Virus record (IMG/VR): IMGVR_UViG_3300034072_000758
Span: 186,001 to 250,000 of that record
DNA length: 64,000 nucleotides
Strand: one strand, 5' to 3'
Shown: positions 19,283 through 28,747 of the stretch, piece by piece
Layout of the letters: each line of letters begins with the position of its first letter
Numbering within the stretch: the first letter of the stretch is position 1
Notes under the pieces: generated by a model
The model's input: only the letters and a program-made list of their open reading frames with translations
The model's database searches: none
Told to the model about the DNA's origin: nothing
Position numbers and translations under genes: made by a program

Positions 19283-19710
19283 TAGGTAAATATGTAATAC
19301 TTAATAGCACTCGAAAATGTCTTGAAGCCATTAGTATTCTCCACACCATAAACACGGCCACGAATGATGCCAAAGAAAAACAATACACAAAGAGACGTAT
19401 CACTGAGCGTATTCAGCAACGCGGCGTCATTTATGTCGGCTTTGTTTTCATCGTCAGGATTCAACCGTCCACCCTTTTCGATGATTACTCTCACCTGAGC
19501 GCGATCTTCATCATTAAGTGGGGCAACCGGGAAATCCGTGACGACGCCCGTACAGAACTCTTCGAGCGCGGCGGGGTCCGGCGAATATGCAGGGGGCTTC
19601 GGACCCACGCAAAGTCGGTCAACGCCGCTTTCAGGCGACGACTTCGGATTCACGAACAAAGCATTGTAGCGAACGATGGTCTCTTGAATTTTGGTTAGAC
19701 GGTCGGTCAT
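19282..19710 (-). CDS. hypothetical protein
   Basis: Coupled ORF. Confidence 0.7.
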   Translation of the reverse strand: MTDRLTKIQETIVRYNALFVNPKSSPESGVDRLCVGPKPPAYSPDPAALEEFCTGVVTDFPVAPLNDEDRAQVRVIIEKGGRLNPDDENKADINDAALLNTLSDTSLCVLFFFGIIRGRVYGVENTNGFKTFSSAIKYYIFT

Positions 19711-20153
19711 ATGTGATTCCTTCTAAGAAGAGTTGACTTTATCATAAGTTCTTCCAGATCGTCAACGGTATATCTTGGATGAAATTTAATCCAACCGGGG
19801 TGTACTATATCATCTACTTTGAAAAAAATACCCGCGCCAAATACAAAAGGAAATGTAATATTTTCTTCGGGCGTCACATAAAGATGATCAATAAAAAGCG
19901 TCATCGCAAACTTATATGGAATGACCATAGTTAGATGATAGCGCATAGACGAATAGTCATATCGATAATGATCAGCATTATCGAAACCTGAAAATATTTC
20001 TCGAACACGCGGAGCATCAGGCGGGGAACCCGGATGTCTCCCAAAGGTATAGATTCTGGTATTCGGAGTATTGCGGGTTATTTCTGGCCGAATATTATCA
20101 GCCAGCTTATTATATAAATCCACCCAAGCCGATGTTTTATATACGTTCTTCAT
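19707..20153 (-). CDS. CT-motif family small protein
   Basis: Ends YTVDDLEELMIKSTLLRRNHI. Confidence 0.75.
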   Translation of the reverse strand: MKNVYKTSAWVDLYNKLADNIRPEITRNTPNTRIYTFGRHPGSPPDAPRVREIFSGFDNADHYRYDYSSMRYHLTMVIPYKFAMTLFIDHLYVTPEENITFPFVFGAGIFFKVDDIVHPGWIKFHPRYTVDDLEELMIKSTLLRRNHI

Positions 20154-20695
20154 GTGAATGTCAGCTTACGCATCATGAACATATCTTCGATTTGTTCATC
20201 GGTTAGCTCAATACGCGGTTCTTCATAGTTGAGAAAAAGGAAATTATTATCGGGAAGGTCTGATGCTCTACTGACTTCAAAAGTATCGAAACATTTTGGT
20301 AGATATTTGGCCGCGAACTCCCGATCTATCTTGCCATTATGTATTATGGATCGGGGTTTATCCACATTAAACGTTGTCCCGTCCGGTCTGAGGATATTCA
20401 TTACTCCTCGCACTGAAAACAATTTCCCATTGCGCCGAAAGGCTTTGAAACACACCCGTTTCAAATAGATATGCGTTTTATTAAACATAACCAAATGCTT
20501 GACCATGTATACGGACGAGACGCTGAACATCAAGCGATCATCGCCATATTCATCATCCATCCGCATACTAAGCGTATCATTCACGAAATGCGTTTCGATG
20601 TTATCTCGAAAAGGGTGTTGCTGAACAACAACCTCGTTATGGACACCATCAGCGTTGTTGATGAACCACAGCCATGTCTCTACGTCACGAAGCAT
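20150..20695 (-). CDS. CT-motif family protein
   Basis: Ends LTDEQIEDMFMMRKLTFT. Confidence 0.75.
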   Translation of the reverse strand: MLRDVETWLWFINNADGVHNEVVVQQHPFRDNIETHFVNDTLSMRMDDEYGDDRLMFSVSSVYMVKHLVMFNKTHIYLKRVCFKAFRRNGKLFSVRGVMNILRPDGTTFNVDKPRSIIHNGKIDREFAAKYLPKCFDTFEVSRASDLPDNNFLFLNYEEPRIELTDEQIEDMFMMRKLTFT

Positions 20696-20882
20696 TGACC
20701 ACCGGGATTTTATTGGCCTCAGCCATCCCGATTGAATCGTACAGCGAGCGTTGGGCGTCGAGCGCCGTATCCCAGCGCTGAAATTTCAGGTCGTTTTCTT
20801 TTTCGCGGACAGTGTGCCACATAAACACGAAAGAACGCTTTTGAAGCTCGACGTAACCATTGTGCTGAACGATGCGATACAT
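20685..20882 (-). CDS. hypothetical protein
   Basis: Short ORF with a GGGAAA RBS-like leader. Confidence 0.6.
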   Translation of the reverse strand: MYRIVQHNGYVELQKRSFVFMWHTVREKENDLKFQRWDTALDAQRSLYDSIGMAEANKIPVVNAS

Positions 20883-20937
20883 GGTGTTTTCCCTAATGAT
20901 GATTAACCGAATATAAGCGATATAGTTGATAGAGTAA

Positions 20938-20971
20938 ATAAAAAAATACCCGGCTCAAATCAGGCCGGGTA
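20938..20971 (-). terminator. intrinsic terminator after gltX
   Basis: TACCCGGC/GCCGGGTA stem with a T tract on the minus strand. Confidence 0.75.
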
Positions 20972-20975
20972 TATC

Positions 20976-22646
20976 TTATGGCAGCAGCCTACGGAGTGTT
21001 TCATCCCGGCCCAAAATGTACATGACATTGTGGTTTTCCGGCGAGGACTTAGCTCCTGTCAGGGCCACACGTAATGCTGGACCGAAATCCTTCATCTTGA
21101 GGCCCTTCGCTTCAATGAACCCCTTGATAGCAAATTGAAGCGCATCTGGTTCCCAGATGACAAGGCTCAGGGCGTCAGAGAAGCCCGCCAGAGGCGAACT
21201 ATCCGCCACTTCGATACCACGGCTCCAAATGAACTCCATGTCGTTCTTGAGGCTCAGAAGCGTCGAATGCTTACCCTTGAGAACCGACACAGCGCGAACA
21301 ATGCGATCCATGATCTCATTAGTTACACCGGTTGAGCGTTGATCGATCCATTCCACGATCCGTGACTCATCAACCATCTTCATCCACTCAGCATTGATGC
21401 TGTCCAGCTTCTTGAAGTCGAAACGAGCCGGGGAAGATTTCACATCGGTGATGTTGAACTTGGCGATAGCTTCATCCAACGGGAAGACATCTTGTTCACC
21501 GAACGACCAGCTAAGATGGCACAGGTAATTGACCAGACCTTCGGTCAAGTAACCCATTTCGAGATAGTGTGAGACATCCGTAGCGTCACGACGCTTGGAC
21601 ATCTTCTTGCCGTCCGGCCCGTTGATCAGCGGCATGTGAGCGAAGGTGGGGATAGCCCAACCCATGAGCTTGTAGATCATGTATTGCTTGGGAGTATTCC
21701 CCAAGTGATCGTCGCCCCGGATAACATGTGTGACACCCATGTCATGATCGTCCACCGCAACCGCCAGATTGTAGGTCGGGGTTCCATCGGTGCGCAGGAG
21801 AACGATGTCATCCACATGGGATGAATTGAAGGTCACGTCACCTTTGATTTGATCATGGATGATGATCGTTTCATCGTTGGGGACTTTCAGGCGCACGACA
21901 TGCGGAGAACCAACCGGCTCAGGAACGTTGTATTCGTATTCCATGTCGCGGTAGAAAGAGCGGAAACCGGTCCCGGCGTTCTTGGACTTGAGCTTGTCTT
22001 CATCCGTTTCGTCCGGGGTGCTGTAGTCACGATACGCATGACCATTCGCCAGCAGGGTCGCAACAACCGACGCATGACGCTTGGCGTTATCGCTTTGAAG
22101 AACCGGGTCGGCATCGTCGTTGATCCCAAGTCGGGAAAGACCGGAAAAGATCGAGCGAATGGAGTCTTTGGTCGAACGTTCCTTGTCGGTGTCTTCGATA
22201 CGCAGCAGGAACTTACCACCCGTGGCGCGAGCGTACATATAGTTGAACAGCGCCGTTCGCGCCGAACCGATATGAAGATCACCGGTTGGCGATGGTGCGA
22301 AACGAGTCACGACCGGACGGTTATATGGTAGGATGCGAGGCGTCTTGTCCGTATAGCCCAGATCAAGAAGCTTGTTGACGAAATCATCCGGGGATGTGTC
22401 TTCGTCATGAAGACGAGACATAAGATCGAACAGTTCGGGCATTCGCCCGATCATACCCCAGCAATCGTTGAAGATTTGGAACGATGGGGTTATCGAGCCA
22501 CCGATACGCGCCCAATTGACTTCGAACGAACCAGTCAACTCGTCATCCGTATATTCGATAAAAACTTTATCGATTTCATGCTCGGACACGGGCGCACCAG
22601 CGGCCCAATCACAAGCACGATAATGGGTGAACGATTTGACGGCCAT
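20976..22646 (-). CDS. gltX: glutamate-tRNA ligase with an extra N-terminal domain of about 110 aa
   Basis: TRFAPSPTGDLHIG, LRIEDTD, VIRGDDH, KMSKR; C-terminal anticodon domain ALRVALTG..LGRDETLRRL; AGGAG RBS precedes the extension. Confidence 0.95.
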   Translation of the reverse strand: MAVKSFTHYRACDWAAGAPVSEHEIDKVFIEYTDDELTGSFEVNWARIGGSITPSFQIFNDCWGMIGRMPELFDLMSRLHDEDTSPDDFVNKLLDLGYTDKTPRILPYNRPVVTRFAPSPTGDLHIGSARTALFNYMYARATGGKFLLRIEDTDKERSTKDSIRSIFSGLSRLGINDDADPVLQSDNAKRHASVVATLLANGHAYRDYSTPDETDEDKLKSKNAGTGFRSFYRDMEYEYNVPEPVGSPHVVRLKVPNDETIIIHDQIKGDVTFNSSHVDDIVLLRTDGTPTYNLAVAVDDHDMGVTHVIRGDDHLGNTPKQYMIYKLMGWAIPTFAHMPLINGPDGKKMSKRRDATDVSHYLEMGYLTEGLVNYLCHLSWSFGEQDVFPLDEAIAKFNITDVKSSPARFDFKKLDSINAEWMKMVDESRIVEWIDQRSTGVTNEIMDRIVRAVSVLKGKHSTLLSLKNDMEFIWSRGIEVADSSPLAGFSDALSLVIWEPDALQFAIKGFIEAKGLKMKDFGPALRVALTGAKSSPENHNVMYILGRDETLRRLLP

Positions 22647-22673
22647 AAAATATCTCCTAGAGCAATTTTCGGC

Positions 22674-22702
22674 ATTCTAGGATAATATTGTTAGACTGTC
22701 AA
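22674..22702 (-). promoter_or_regulatory. sigma70-like early promoter for gltX
   Basis: TTGACA-N17-TAGAAT. Confidence 0.75.
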
Positions 22703-23412
22703 GTCAATTGCCACGATCCTTTTGAGGTTTGTATCCAATTACCTCTCGCCCTAAATGATTTTACAATCTTATGTAAGTAAAATACATCATTAGCTGAGTT
22801 ATGAAGACGCTTCTTCTTAAACGGTATGTCAAATCGTTTCAACAGAGTAGCCAGCGAGGGGGTGTTTATAACCGGAAACTTCTGATTAGGTAACCGAATA
22901 GAGTATTCAAATCCGTCTTCGATGTCGATCAATTCTTTGATAGGAATATTGTTGTCGGTCAAATATTTCGATTCGATCATCTGGTTAAACACCATAACCA
23001 CTTGGTCTTTCATGATCATCTTGAGAATATGCTTCATAAACTCCAAGGAAGAGTTCTTAAAGATGATAGTGTTATGGAACTCGTTCGTTTTGGATACACC
23101 GGGCTTTTCACGCTCATCGAATATGAAACGATAGACTTTGTTTATTTTGTTTCTACGAACAACACAAACCGAAGCCTCGTGAAACTCGACGTATTCGCCA
23201 TAAATGAAATACTCAGTGTCAAATGTCACGTAGTTATTGATGGCTTCGAGCTTCTTACGGAAGCTTAATTGGCGCTGGGGTAGCTGTTCTATGCGACGTT
23301 CGCGTCGGCGTTGTAGCAGCGCTCTACGGCGATCTTGTAGCTTTCTGATCCGCGCTACCAGAACCGGGTCTTTGCTTTGAGAAAGATCATGAAGTTTTTT
23401 ACCGATATTCAT
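22699..23412 (-). CDS. DEDDh-family 3'-5' exonuclease-like protein
   Basis: VTFDTEY (ExoI) and RLHNSAND (ExoIII) motifs; basic N-terminal helix. Confidence 0.7.
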   Translation of the reverse strand: MNIGKKLHDLSQSKDPVLVARIRKLQDRRRALLQRRRERRIEQLPQRQLSFRKKLEAINNYVTFDTEYFIYGEYVEFHEASVCVVRRNKINKVYRFIFDEREKPGVSKTNEFHNTIIFKNSSLEFMKHILKMIMKDQVVMVFNQMIESKYLTDNNIPIKELIDIEDGFEYSIRLPNQKFPVINTPSLATLLKRFDIPFKKKRLHNSANDVFYLHKIVKSFRARGNWIQTSKGSWQLT

Positions 23413-23840
23413 TTGCTTGCCTGTAATATAATTAGGGCCAAAGCATCATCGGCCTGTTCTCGATTACTATATCGCTTGAGTTCAAACCCATTCCATAGCG
23501 GTTGAGCATTCAATTCCAGCGTATTCTTATCGTTCAAATTCAATGTCACGGACTTATCATTGAATTTGTCAGTGACCCGACGAAACTTCGCACTGATCTT
23601 GAAGTGTTTGGAGACGCGCAGCGTAACAATCGTACCGAAAAAGTATCCATAATGATCTTCACTATTCGGCGTCGTCTCAATGATGATACGAAGCTTCCCT
23701 GCGCAAGTCTCCAACGAACGATGATAAATTATTTTTTGTCGGTAATTGGCGCGGGATATGATCTCTTTCTCGAAGGTTGATTTCGAGATAATGTCAAACC
23801 AGAACTCAACATTTTTCAAAATATTATGGATATGCGTCAT
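23409..23840 (-). CDS. CT-motif family protein, NxxFW N-terminus
   Basis: ILKNVEFWFDII; ends SNREQADDALALIILQASK. Confidence 0.8.
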   Translation of the reverse strand: MTHIHNILKNVEFWFDIISKSTFEKEIISRANYRQKIIYHRSLETCAGKLRIIIETTPNSEDHYGYFFGTIVTLRVSKHFKISAKFRRVTDKFNDKSVTLNLNDKNTLELNAQPLWNGFELKRYSNREQADDALALIILQASK

Positions 23841-24337
23841 GCCGATAACTTTAGTTTTAGCATAAGCAATATATCACCAAAGCTCGTAGCATCAAAATTA
23901 TTTTCGACGTGTTGTACCCAAATAGATGATCCTCGAATATGAACCTTGCTACCAGTCCAAGCAACAAAATGATGCTCAACCGTAGAATTATTAGATTGAT
24001 ATGTACAAAAGCCATCAGCTTCCCATCTAATCAAACATTGATCTGGAACTTTGAAGTCTACTACTATGCTTTGAAGATTAGCATCCTGATATTTTACTTT
24101 ACTGTCTGGATATTTTACTTTACTGTCTGGGAATCTTTTACTATAGTGAATGCAATTTACTTCTATATCAATATCATCATACTTATAAGTATCAGTAACA
24201 AGTAATCCATTTGGTATAGGGGGTTTGGTACGCTCTACAAACTCAGCAGCTTTCAACACGGTTTCCCATAGGCGGATGTCGCGCGCAGCAGCAAGCACGT
24301 TCTCGACCGTATCCCGTGTTTCTTCTTCCTTGGTCAT
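23837..24337 (-). CDS. CT-motif family protein with an internal 7-aa duplication
   Basis: PDSKVKY twice; ends TSFGDILLMLKLKLSA. Confidence 0.75.
   Translation of the reverse strand: MTKEEETRDTVENVLAAARDIRLWETVLKAAEFVERTKPPIPNGLLVTDTYKYDDIDIEVNCIHYSKRFPDSKVKYPDSKVKYQDANLQSIVVDFKVPDQCLIRWEADGFCTYQSNNSTVEHHFVAWTGSKVHIRGSSIWVQHVENNFDATSFGDILLMLKLKLSA
24089..24130. repeat. perfect 21-bp tandem duplication
   Basis: ATATTTTACTTTACTGTCTGG x2. Confidence 0.95.
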
Positions 24338-24729
24338 GATGACAGCAACCCACGCATAAAAATCTCAGAGACATCATCATCACTATATCGTTTGTATTTT
24401 TTAATCTTAAGCGTGGCACATCCTTCCCGAAAAGAATGGGTTAGCTTGTCACCCCTGTCCGTATACTTCAACACGACCAAATGATCTGGTGAGAACGCCA
24501 TGTTGGAGTTGACAAAAACATCCACACGAAAAGAATGATGCTTCTCCATGATCAAATCAAGGATAGCAAACTGCCCGAACGACAAGTAGAACTTTATCCC
24601 TTCATACTTCTTATACACCTCATAAATCATAATACCGGAAAGATTGTTTGACACCATCCTCTCGGTCTCCGCCCGATTGAACAGTGTCTCGAATTGCTTA
24701 ATAGTGAGAAGGTCTATAGCATCAGGCAT
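24334..24729 (-). CDS. CT-motif family small protein
   Basis: Starts MPDAID; ends IKKYKRYSDDDVSEIFMRGLLSS. Confidence 0.8.
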   Translation of the reverse strand: MPDAIDLLTIKQFETLFNRAETERMVSNNLSGIMIYEVYKKYEGIKFYLSFGQFAILDLIMEKHHSFRVDVFVNSNMAFSPDHLVVLKYTDRGDKLTHSFREGCATLKIKKYKRYSDDDVSEIFMRGLLSS

Positions 24730-25111
24730 GGGTCAGCATCACTTTGGTGATAAATTCTAGGAAACGTTCATCGTTATAGTATTTGTATTTCTTTATATCA
24801 ATGGTGTATTCGTTCTTCCAATAAGGCATGATCATTCCACCCACATCCAAAAACCCTCGATTATTCACGAGGTCTGTTGAACTTTCGTATACACGCTGCC
24901 TAAATCGAAGCGTTATCCTAAAAGACTTGGGGCCATAGATAAACGCCTCGTATATCCTGTCTGTCTTACTGTAAGACACATAGAGCTTGATGTTTTCGAT
25001 TTGCTTCCAGCTTTGGATAAACCCCGCGTCATTGTATGTGCGAAGTGGTTCAGCTATCTTGAAAAGGATTTGAAATATTCGATGATCGACCGAATCAATC
25101 GCATCAGCCAT
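24722..25111 (-). CDS. CT-motif family protein, tandem paralogue of 24334-24729
   Basis: Start moved to MADAIDSV; ends IKKYKYYNDERFLEFITKVMLTHA. Confidence 0.8.
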   Translation of the reverse strand: MADAIDSVDHRIFQILFKIAEPLRTYNDAGFIQSWKQIENIKLYVSYSKTDRIYEAFIYGPKSFRITLRFRQRVYESSTDLVNNRGFLDVGGMIMPYWKNEYTIDIKKYKYYNDERFLEFITKVMLTHA

Positions 25112-25499
25112 GACGTAATACCTGTTCCAAAATGTGATCTTCGATGTTGAAATCGTCCACACAAAATTCCAATGTAAAAGACAAGAACGACATTTCATCA
25201 TAGCGAGAAGAGAAAATGGTTTCACCTTTATATGTTAGACTAAACCATTCATTGTCCGCGCGCAAATCAACGTCACTTATGAACCACCTATATTCTATTA
25301 CGTATCTGAAATGAAGGGGTGTCGATACTTCAAACGTTATTACTTCATCCCTCAAAACAAAATCGACATGTAATGAACCTAAGTGTTTCCGTAGACGATA
25401 TAAGCTATTGCGGCCACCTATAGGACCGATTTGAGTGCCATCAATATCGTTTGCGTGAGTAAGAAAGTTGACCAGTTCTTTTAACGAGAGGGGCTTCAT
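25104..25499 (-). CDS. CT-motif family small protein
   Basis: Ends FNIEDHILEQVLRHG. Confidence 0.75.
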   Translation of the reverse strand: MKPLSLKELVNFLTHANDIDGTQIGPIGGRNSLYRLRKHLGSLHVDFVLRDEVITFEVSTPLHFRYVIEYRWFISDVDLRADNEWFSLTYKGETIFSSRYDEMSFLSFTLEFCVDDFNIEDHILEQVLRHG

Positions 25500-25900
25500 G
25501 AGGTTATCAACACCAATCGCATCAAATACTCGTCAATCGCTTCGGGTTTGGCGGTCTTGGGATACTTGACCTTATATTCGACCTTCGACATATCTTCGTC
25601 GTGAATAAAAAAGCCGATCATGTCGTCAACCTGTATGCCGTGCCAGCAATGCGCTTCGTCGCTCTTATGCTTGCGAGTAGTCAGGTGTATACAGAACTCG
25701 ACGGAGAATAGACCGTTGCGCGCAAAAGTGAAGCTACAGTCAATGGCTCCATTTACGTCACCCAAAACATTTAGTGTGATCTTAAGATCGTCCAACTGTC
25801 GGGTATGAATGACGCGATAATCATTCACTCTCCGATGCTTGATGTAGGTGGAGTTTCTGATCAGTTCGGCTACTATACCGGCGTTGTTGAAGACTTGCAT
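25496..25900 (-). CDS. CT-motif family small protein
   Basis: Ends AKPEAIDEYLMRLVLITS. Confidence 0.85.
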   Translation of the reverse strand: MQVFNNAGIVAELIRNSTYIKHRRVNDYRVIHTRQLDDLKITLNVLGDVNGAIDCSFTFARNGLFSVEFCIHLTTRKHKSDEAHCWHGIQVDDMIGFFIHDEDMSKVEYKVKYPKTAKPEAIDEYLMRLVLITS

Positions 25901-26277
25901 TAGAGAACCGTCAGGATAAACGTCATCAAAATTGAATCGGCGTCCTTCACAGGATAATACATTTTATCCCAAACTACCAGTTCCGTTTCAATAAGATTTT
26001 CAGGAATGAATACGCGATCATCTATCTTGATCTCGTCCGCAAAAACATTGTCTAAACCCTTGAAACGTCGATAAGACTCATATGTCATCCGATAAGACTC
26101 ATATGTCATCCGGTACTTGATATAATAACCATTGAACTTAGGCACGGTCAACGTAATGCTGAATTTATCGTTTACTACTGGAACGATCAATAGAGTGAAG
26201 CCATGACCCTCCATCAGCATTTTATTTCTGCGGGTCGTCTTAAGAAGCAATTTCTGTATTGTGGAAATGTTCATCAC
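25900..26277 (-). CDS. CT-motif family protein with an internal 7-aa duplication
   Basis: YRMTYES twice; ends KDADSILMTFILTVL. Confidence 0.8.
   Translation of the reverse strand: MMNISTIQKLLLKTTRRNKMLMEGHGFTLLIVPVVNDKFSITLTVPKFNGYYIKYRMTYESYRMTYESYRRFKGLDNVFADEIKIDDRVFIPENLIETELVVWDKMYYPVKDADSILMTFILTVL
26069..26110. repeat. perfect 21-bp tandem duplication
   Basis: CGATAAGACTCATATGTCATC x2. Confidence 0.95.
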
Positions 26278-26600
26278 GCCATCTTCAATATAAAGTTCAT
26301 GATCGCTTCATCGGTGTTCTTGCCTCGAATTTTACATTCGAGCGGCTTTGAAAAAACACGGACATAACCATCATTCCCATATGGCAAGTCTACAGAATCA
26401 TCATCCAATAATGACGCCCATTCAAATAACATGACGACTTTTGAGCTACCAACCGTCAGAGTTACCGAGTAACACGCTCCATTCTCAGATATGGAGATTT
26501 TATAGCCATCAAAACCCATGACCCACGTGCCAGCGCGGATCGCCGTACAAGAAATAAACTGGCGTTTCAATAGCTTTCGGATGAAGTGTGCGTCGATCAT
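26274..26600 (-). CDS. CT-motif family small protein
   Basis: Ends KNTDEAIMNFILKMA. Confidence 0.85.
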   Translation of the reverse strand: MIDAHFIRKLLKRQFISCTAIRAGTWVMGFDGYKISISENGACYSVTLTVGSSKVVMLFEWASLLDDDSVDLPYGNDGYVRVFSKPLECKIRGKNTDEAIMNFILKMA

Positions 26601-27604
26601 ACCTTGTACAGATCGACGCCGACGCTGGCCAGTTCGCGCACGGCGCTACTGGAAATGTGCTGGAACTCAGCGTCACAAAGAATGTGCTGGACCGGAATGT
26701 CCACACCCATGTCCTTGAGGATGCGCATGTAGGTTTGTTCCGCTGCCAAATCAGCGTTGTTACGGATACCCCGGATCAGAACGAAATCGCAGTCCGGGTC
26801 TTCGGACTTGATGCCGTCGATGATCTCTTTCGCCGATTTGTAGCCCGTCGAACGAACTGTTTGATAGTACCTTTGATACCATACCGGCAAAGGCGCTTGG
26901 TTGGCGTTCTTACCCGGATTAAGAGCCTGAACGATGATCACCTTATCGAGGATCGTTTCAGCCTTCTTGACGATGTGAGCATGACCTTGGTGGAAAGGAT
27001 TGAACGAACCCATGTAGATGCCGATTTTCGGGCGGAAGCCCAACGAAAGTTCTTTGGACAGGCGGATACCTTCGATCAGCTTGTCAGCCATTTCTTGAGT
27101 GACATAATCACCCACAAGCTTGGGAGGAACGCTGGTGGCCGTCTCGAAGAAGGCATCACGCCCGATGACATACTGACTGTATGGGTATTTCTGAAACTCT
27201 CGGAAGATCGAGTGATTGACTGCGTTAAGCTTCTGGCGATCATCGGAGGCAAAGTGCGACCAGTCGATATAGACCATCAGCTTCTGAAGCTCGGTCTTAG
27301 GCTCAAAGGGAGCCTTCGTCGCCATGATCAAACCTTTAATGGTTTCGACCATAAATTCTGGCATACCCCGGATAGGATCGCGGTCACGATGCGCACGATG
27401 GTCCGCGAGCATGACTTCGATGCTGCGTTCCTCATTGTCGCCCGCGCCGGGTTCGTACACGATGTCATGGTATTTGATAGCCAGTTCGAGGCACGAACAG
27501 TCAACAATCGTTAACACCTTCTCGAACGGCTTGGCCATAGCCAGCATATGATCAATGTGTGACTGATTATGATAGTAACGGTGCGGCTCAGAATACTGGT
27601 CCAT
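26597..27604 (-). CDS. HD-like phosphohydrolase fused to a CoaD-like adenylyltransferase
   Basis: N-half YSEPHRYYH..YHDIVY..NEERS; C-half IGIYMGSFNPFHQGH..LIRGIR..HISSSAVREL. Confidence 0.85.
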   Translation of the reverse strand: MDQYSEPHRYYHNQSHIDHMLAMAKPFEKVLTIVDCSCLELAIKYHDIVYEPGAGDNEERSIEVMLADHRAHRDRDPIRGMPEFMVETIKGLIMATKAPFEPKTELQKLMVYIDWSHFASDDRQKLNAVNHSIFREFQKYPYSQYVIGRDAFFETATSVPPKLVGDYVTQEMADKLIEGIRLSKELSLGFRPKIGIYMGSFNPFHQGHAHIVKKAETILDKVIIVQALNPGKNANQAPLPVWYQRYYQTVRSTGYKSAKEIIDGIKSEDPDCDFVLIRGIRNNADLAAEQTYMRILKDMGVDIPVQHILCDAEFQHISSSAVRELASVGVDLYKV

Positions 27605-27623
27605 GAAATCCTCCTGAGAGAGG

Positions 27624-27652
27624 ACAATAATTCACTATCGTCAGCAAGTCAA
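27624..27652 (-). promoter_or_regulatory. sigma70-like early promoter
   Basis: TTGACT-N17-TATTGT followed by a CAGGAGG RBS. Confidence 0.7.
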
Positions 27653-28009
27653 TATTTTAAGGACGGCAATCACGTCCTCAATATCACTCTTCTTTTTGTA
27701 TGTTTTAAAGTAATTTACTTCTGCTGGAAAGTCATAAAGTTGATAGTAAGTTACTTCGTCTATGTGTAATTTAAATAGAGGTTGGTCGGGTTCATGCGAT
27801 TTGAAAGTCCCGGTTATAGATATATTGAAATGACGAGGTAAACGAACGTTTATAAAAACAAAAACACCAACAGTCATAAACGAACATTTAATATCACCAT
27901 ATGGTGTACACAGTGTTTTCACACCGTAACCCTCTCTGATTTTAGTTATAAGTTGGGCGCGCGAAACTACACTTACCCAGAAACCAAAATCTATCGGGAA
28001 CTTAGCCAT
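27641..28009 (-). CDS. CT-motif family protein, DxxFW N-terminus
   Basis: IDFGFWVSVV; ends KSDIEDVIAVLKILTC. Confidence 0.75.
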   Translation of the reverse strand: MAKFPIDFGFWVSVVSRAQLITKIREGYGVKTLCTPYGDIKCSFMTVGVFVFINVRLPRHFNISITGTFKSHEPDQPLFKLHIDEVTYYQLYDFPAEVNYFKTYKKKSDIEDVIAVLKILTC

Positions 28010-28337
28010 TTTTCGTGGTGGCGCTCAACGTAAGGATCGTCAAAATTTCTTCTAGTTCGGCTTCGCTGGAATCCCGGTGAATGCGAGAATATATAACCGT
28101 CATGTCATCGTTATCAAAGGTCACATCGAAGACATTCTTCATCGAGAATGAAGAGGTTTTCTTTTCCTCGGTCAACACCAAAATTCTTTCCGAACGCTCA
28201 TCCGTAGCTGCGATGGTCGTAGAATAAATTTCGGTGGCATTGTTTATAGGATATAATACGGTCTCTATCTCAATCCGGCGCAGATGAAACATACCGAAGA
28301 CGCTTTGCCATAATTCTTTGTTCGAGAAAATATTCAT
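28002..28337 (-). CDS. CT-motif family small protein
   Basis: Ends SSEAELEEILTILTLSATTKNG. Confidence 0.8.
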   Translation of the reverse strand: MNIFSNKELWQSVFGMFHLRRIEIETVLYPINNATEIYSTTIAATDERSERILVLTEEKKTSSFSMKNVFDVTFDNDDMTVIYSRIHRDSSEAELEEILTILTLSATTKNG

Positions 28338-28354
28338 ACAATGTCTCTACCAGA

Positions 28355-28747
28355 TCATTTACAGCGTGTCAAAAGGTATCGAGTGATGAAATCTTCAACT
28401 TCTTCTTCCGGTCGATACAAAATCGGAGAAGGTTTACCTTTGGCGAAAACTGTATAAGTACCGGTAATAATGGCACCAACATCATGGATAAGAAACGGTA
28501 GCTCATATTCTGTTTCTTCGCCGTTATTACTTCTACCTCTAAATCCATTTATGGTTAAGAATGCGTAATCATGAATTAACAAATTAAACGAACGCATTTC
28601 GAGACTAATAGCTATGAACGTAGACGATATTATTGTACCTTCAAACATCGTTGATCCGTTGATAATACCTTTTCCGCGATCTTCGATTTTCTTGGAAGGA
28701 TAAAATACCAAGGTGCTTACTATGGATTTAATCAGTTGTGGTGTCAT
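28355..28747 (-). CDS. CT-motif family small protein
   Basis: Ends RPEEEVEDFITRYLLTRCK. Confidence 0.8.
   Translation of the reverse strand: MTPQLIKSIVSTLVFYPSKKIEDRGKGIINGSTMFEGTIISSTFIAISLEMRSFNLLIHDYAFLTINGFRGRSNNGEETEYELPFLIHDVGAIITGTYTVFAKGKPSPILYRPEEEVEDFITRYLLTRCK

Noticed and set aside
26588-27514. 308-aa plus-strand ORF
   Set aside because: Antisense shadow of the HD-CoaD gene; no RBS or motifs.
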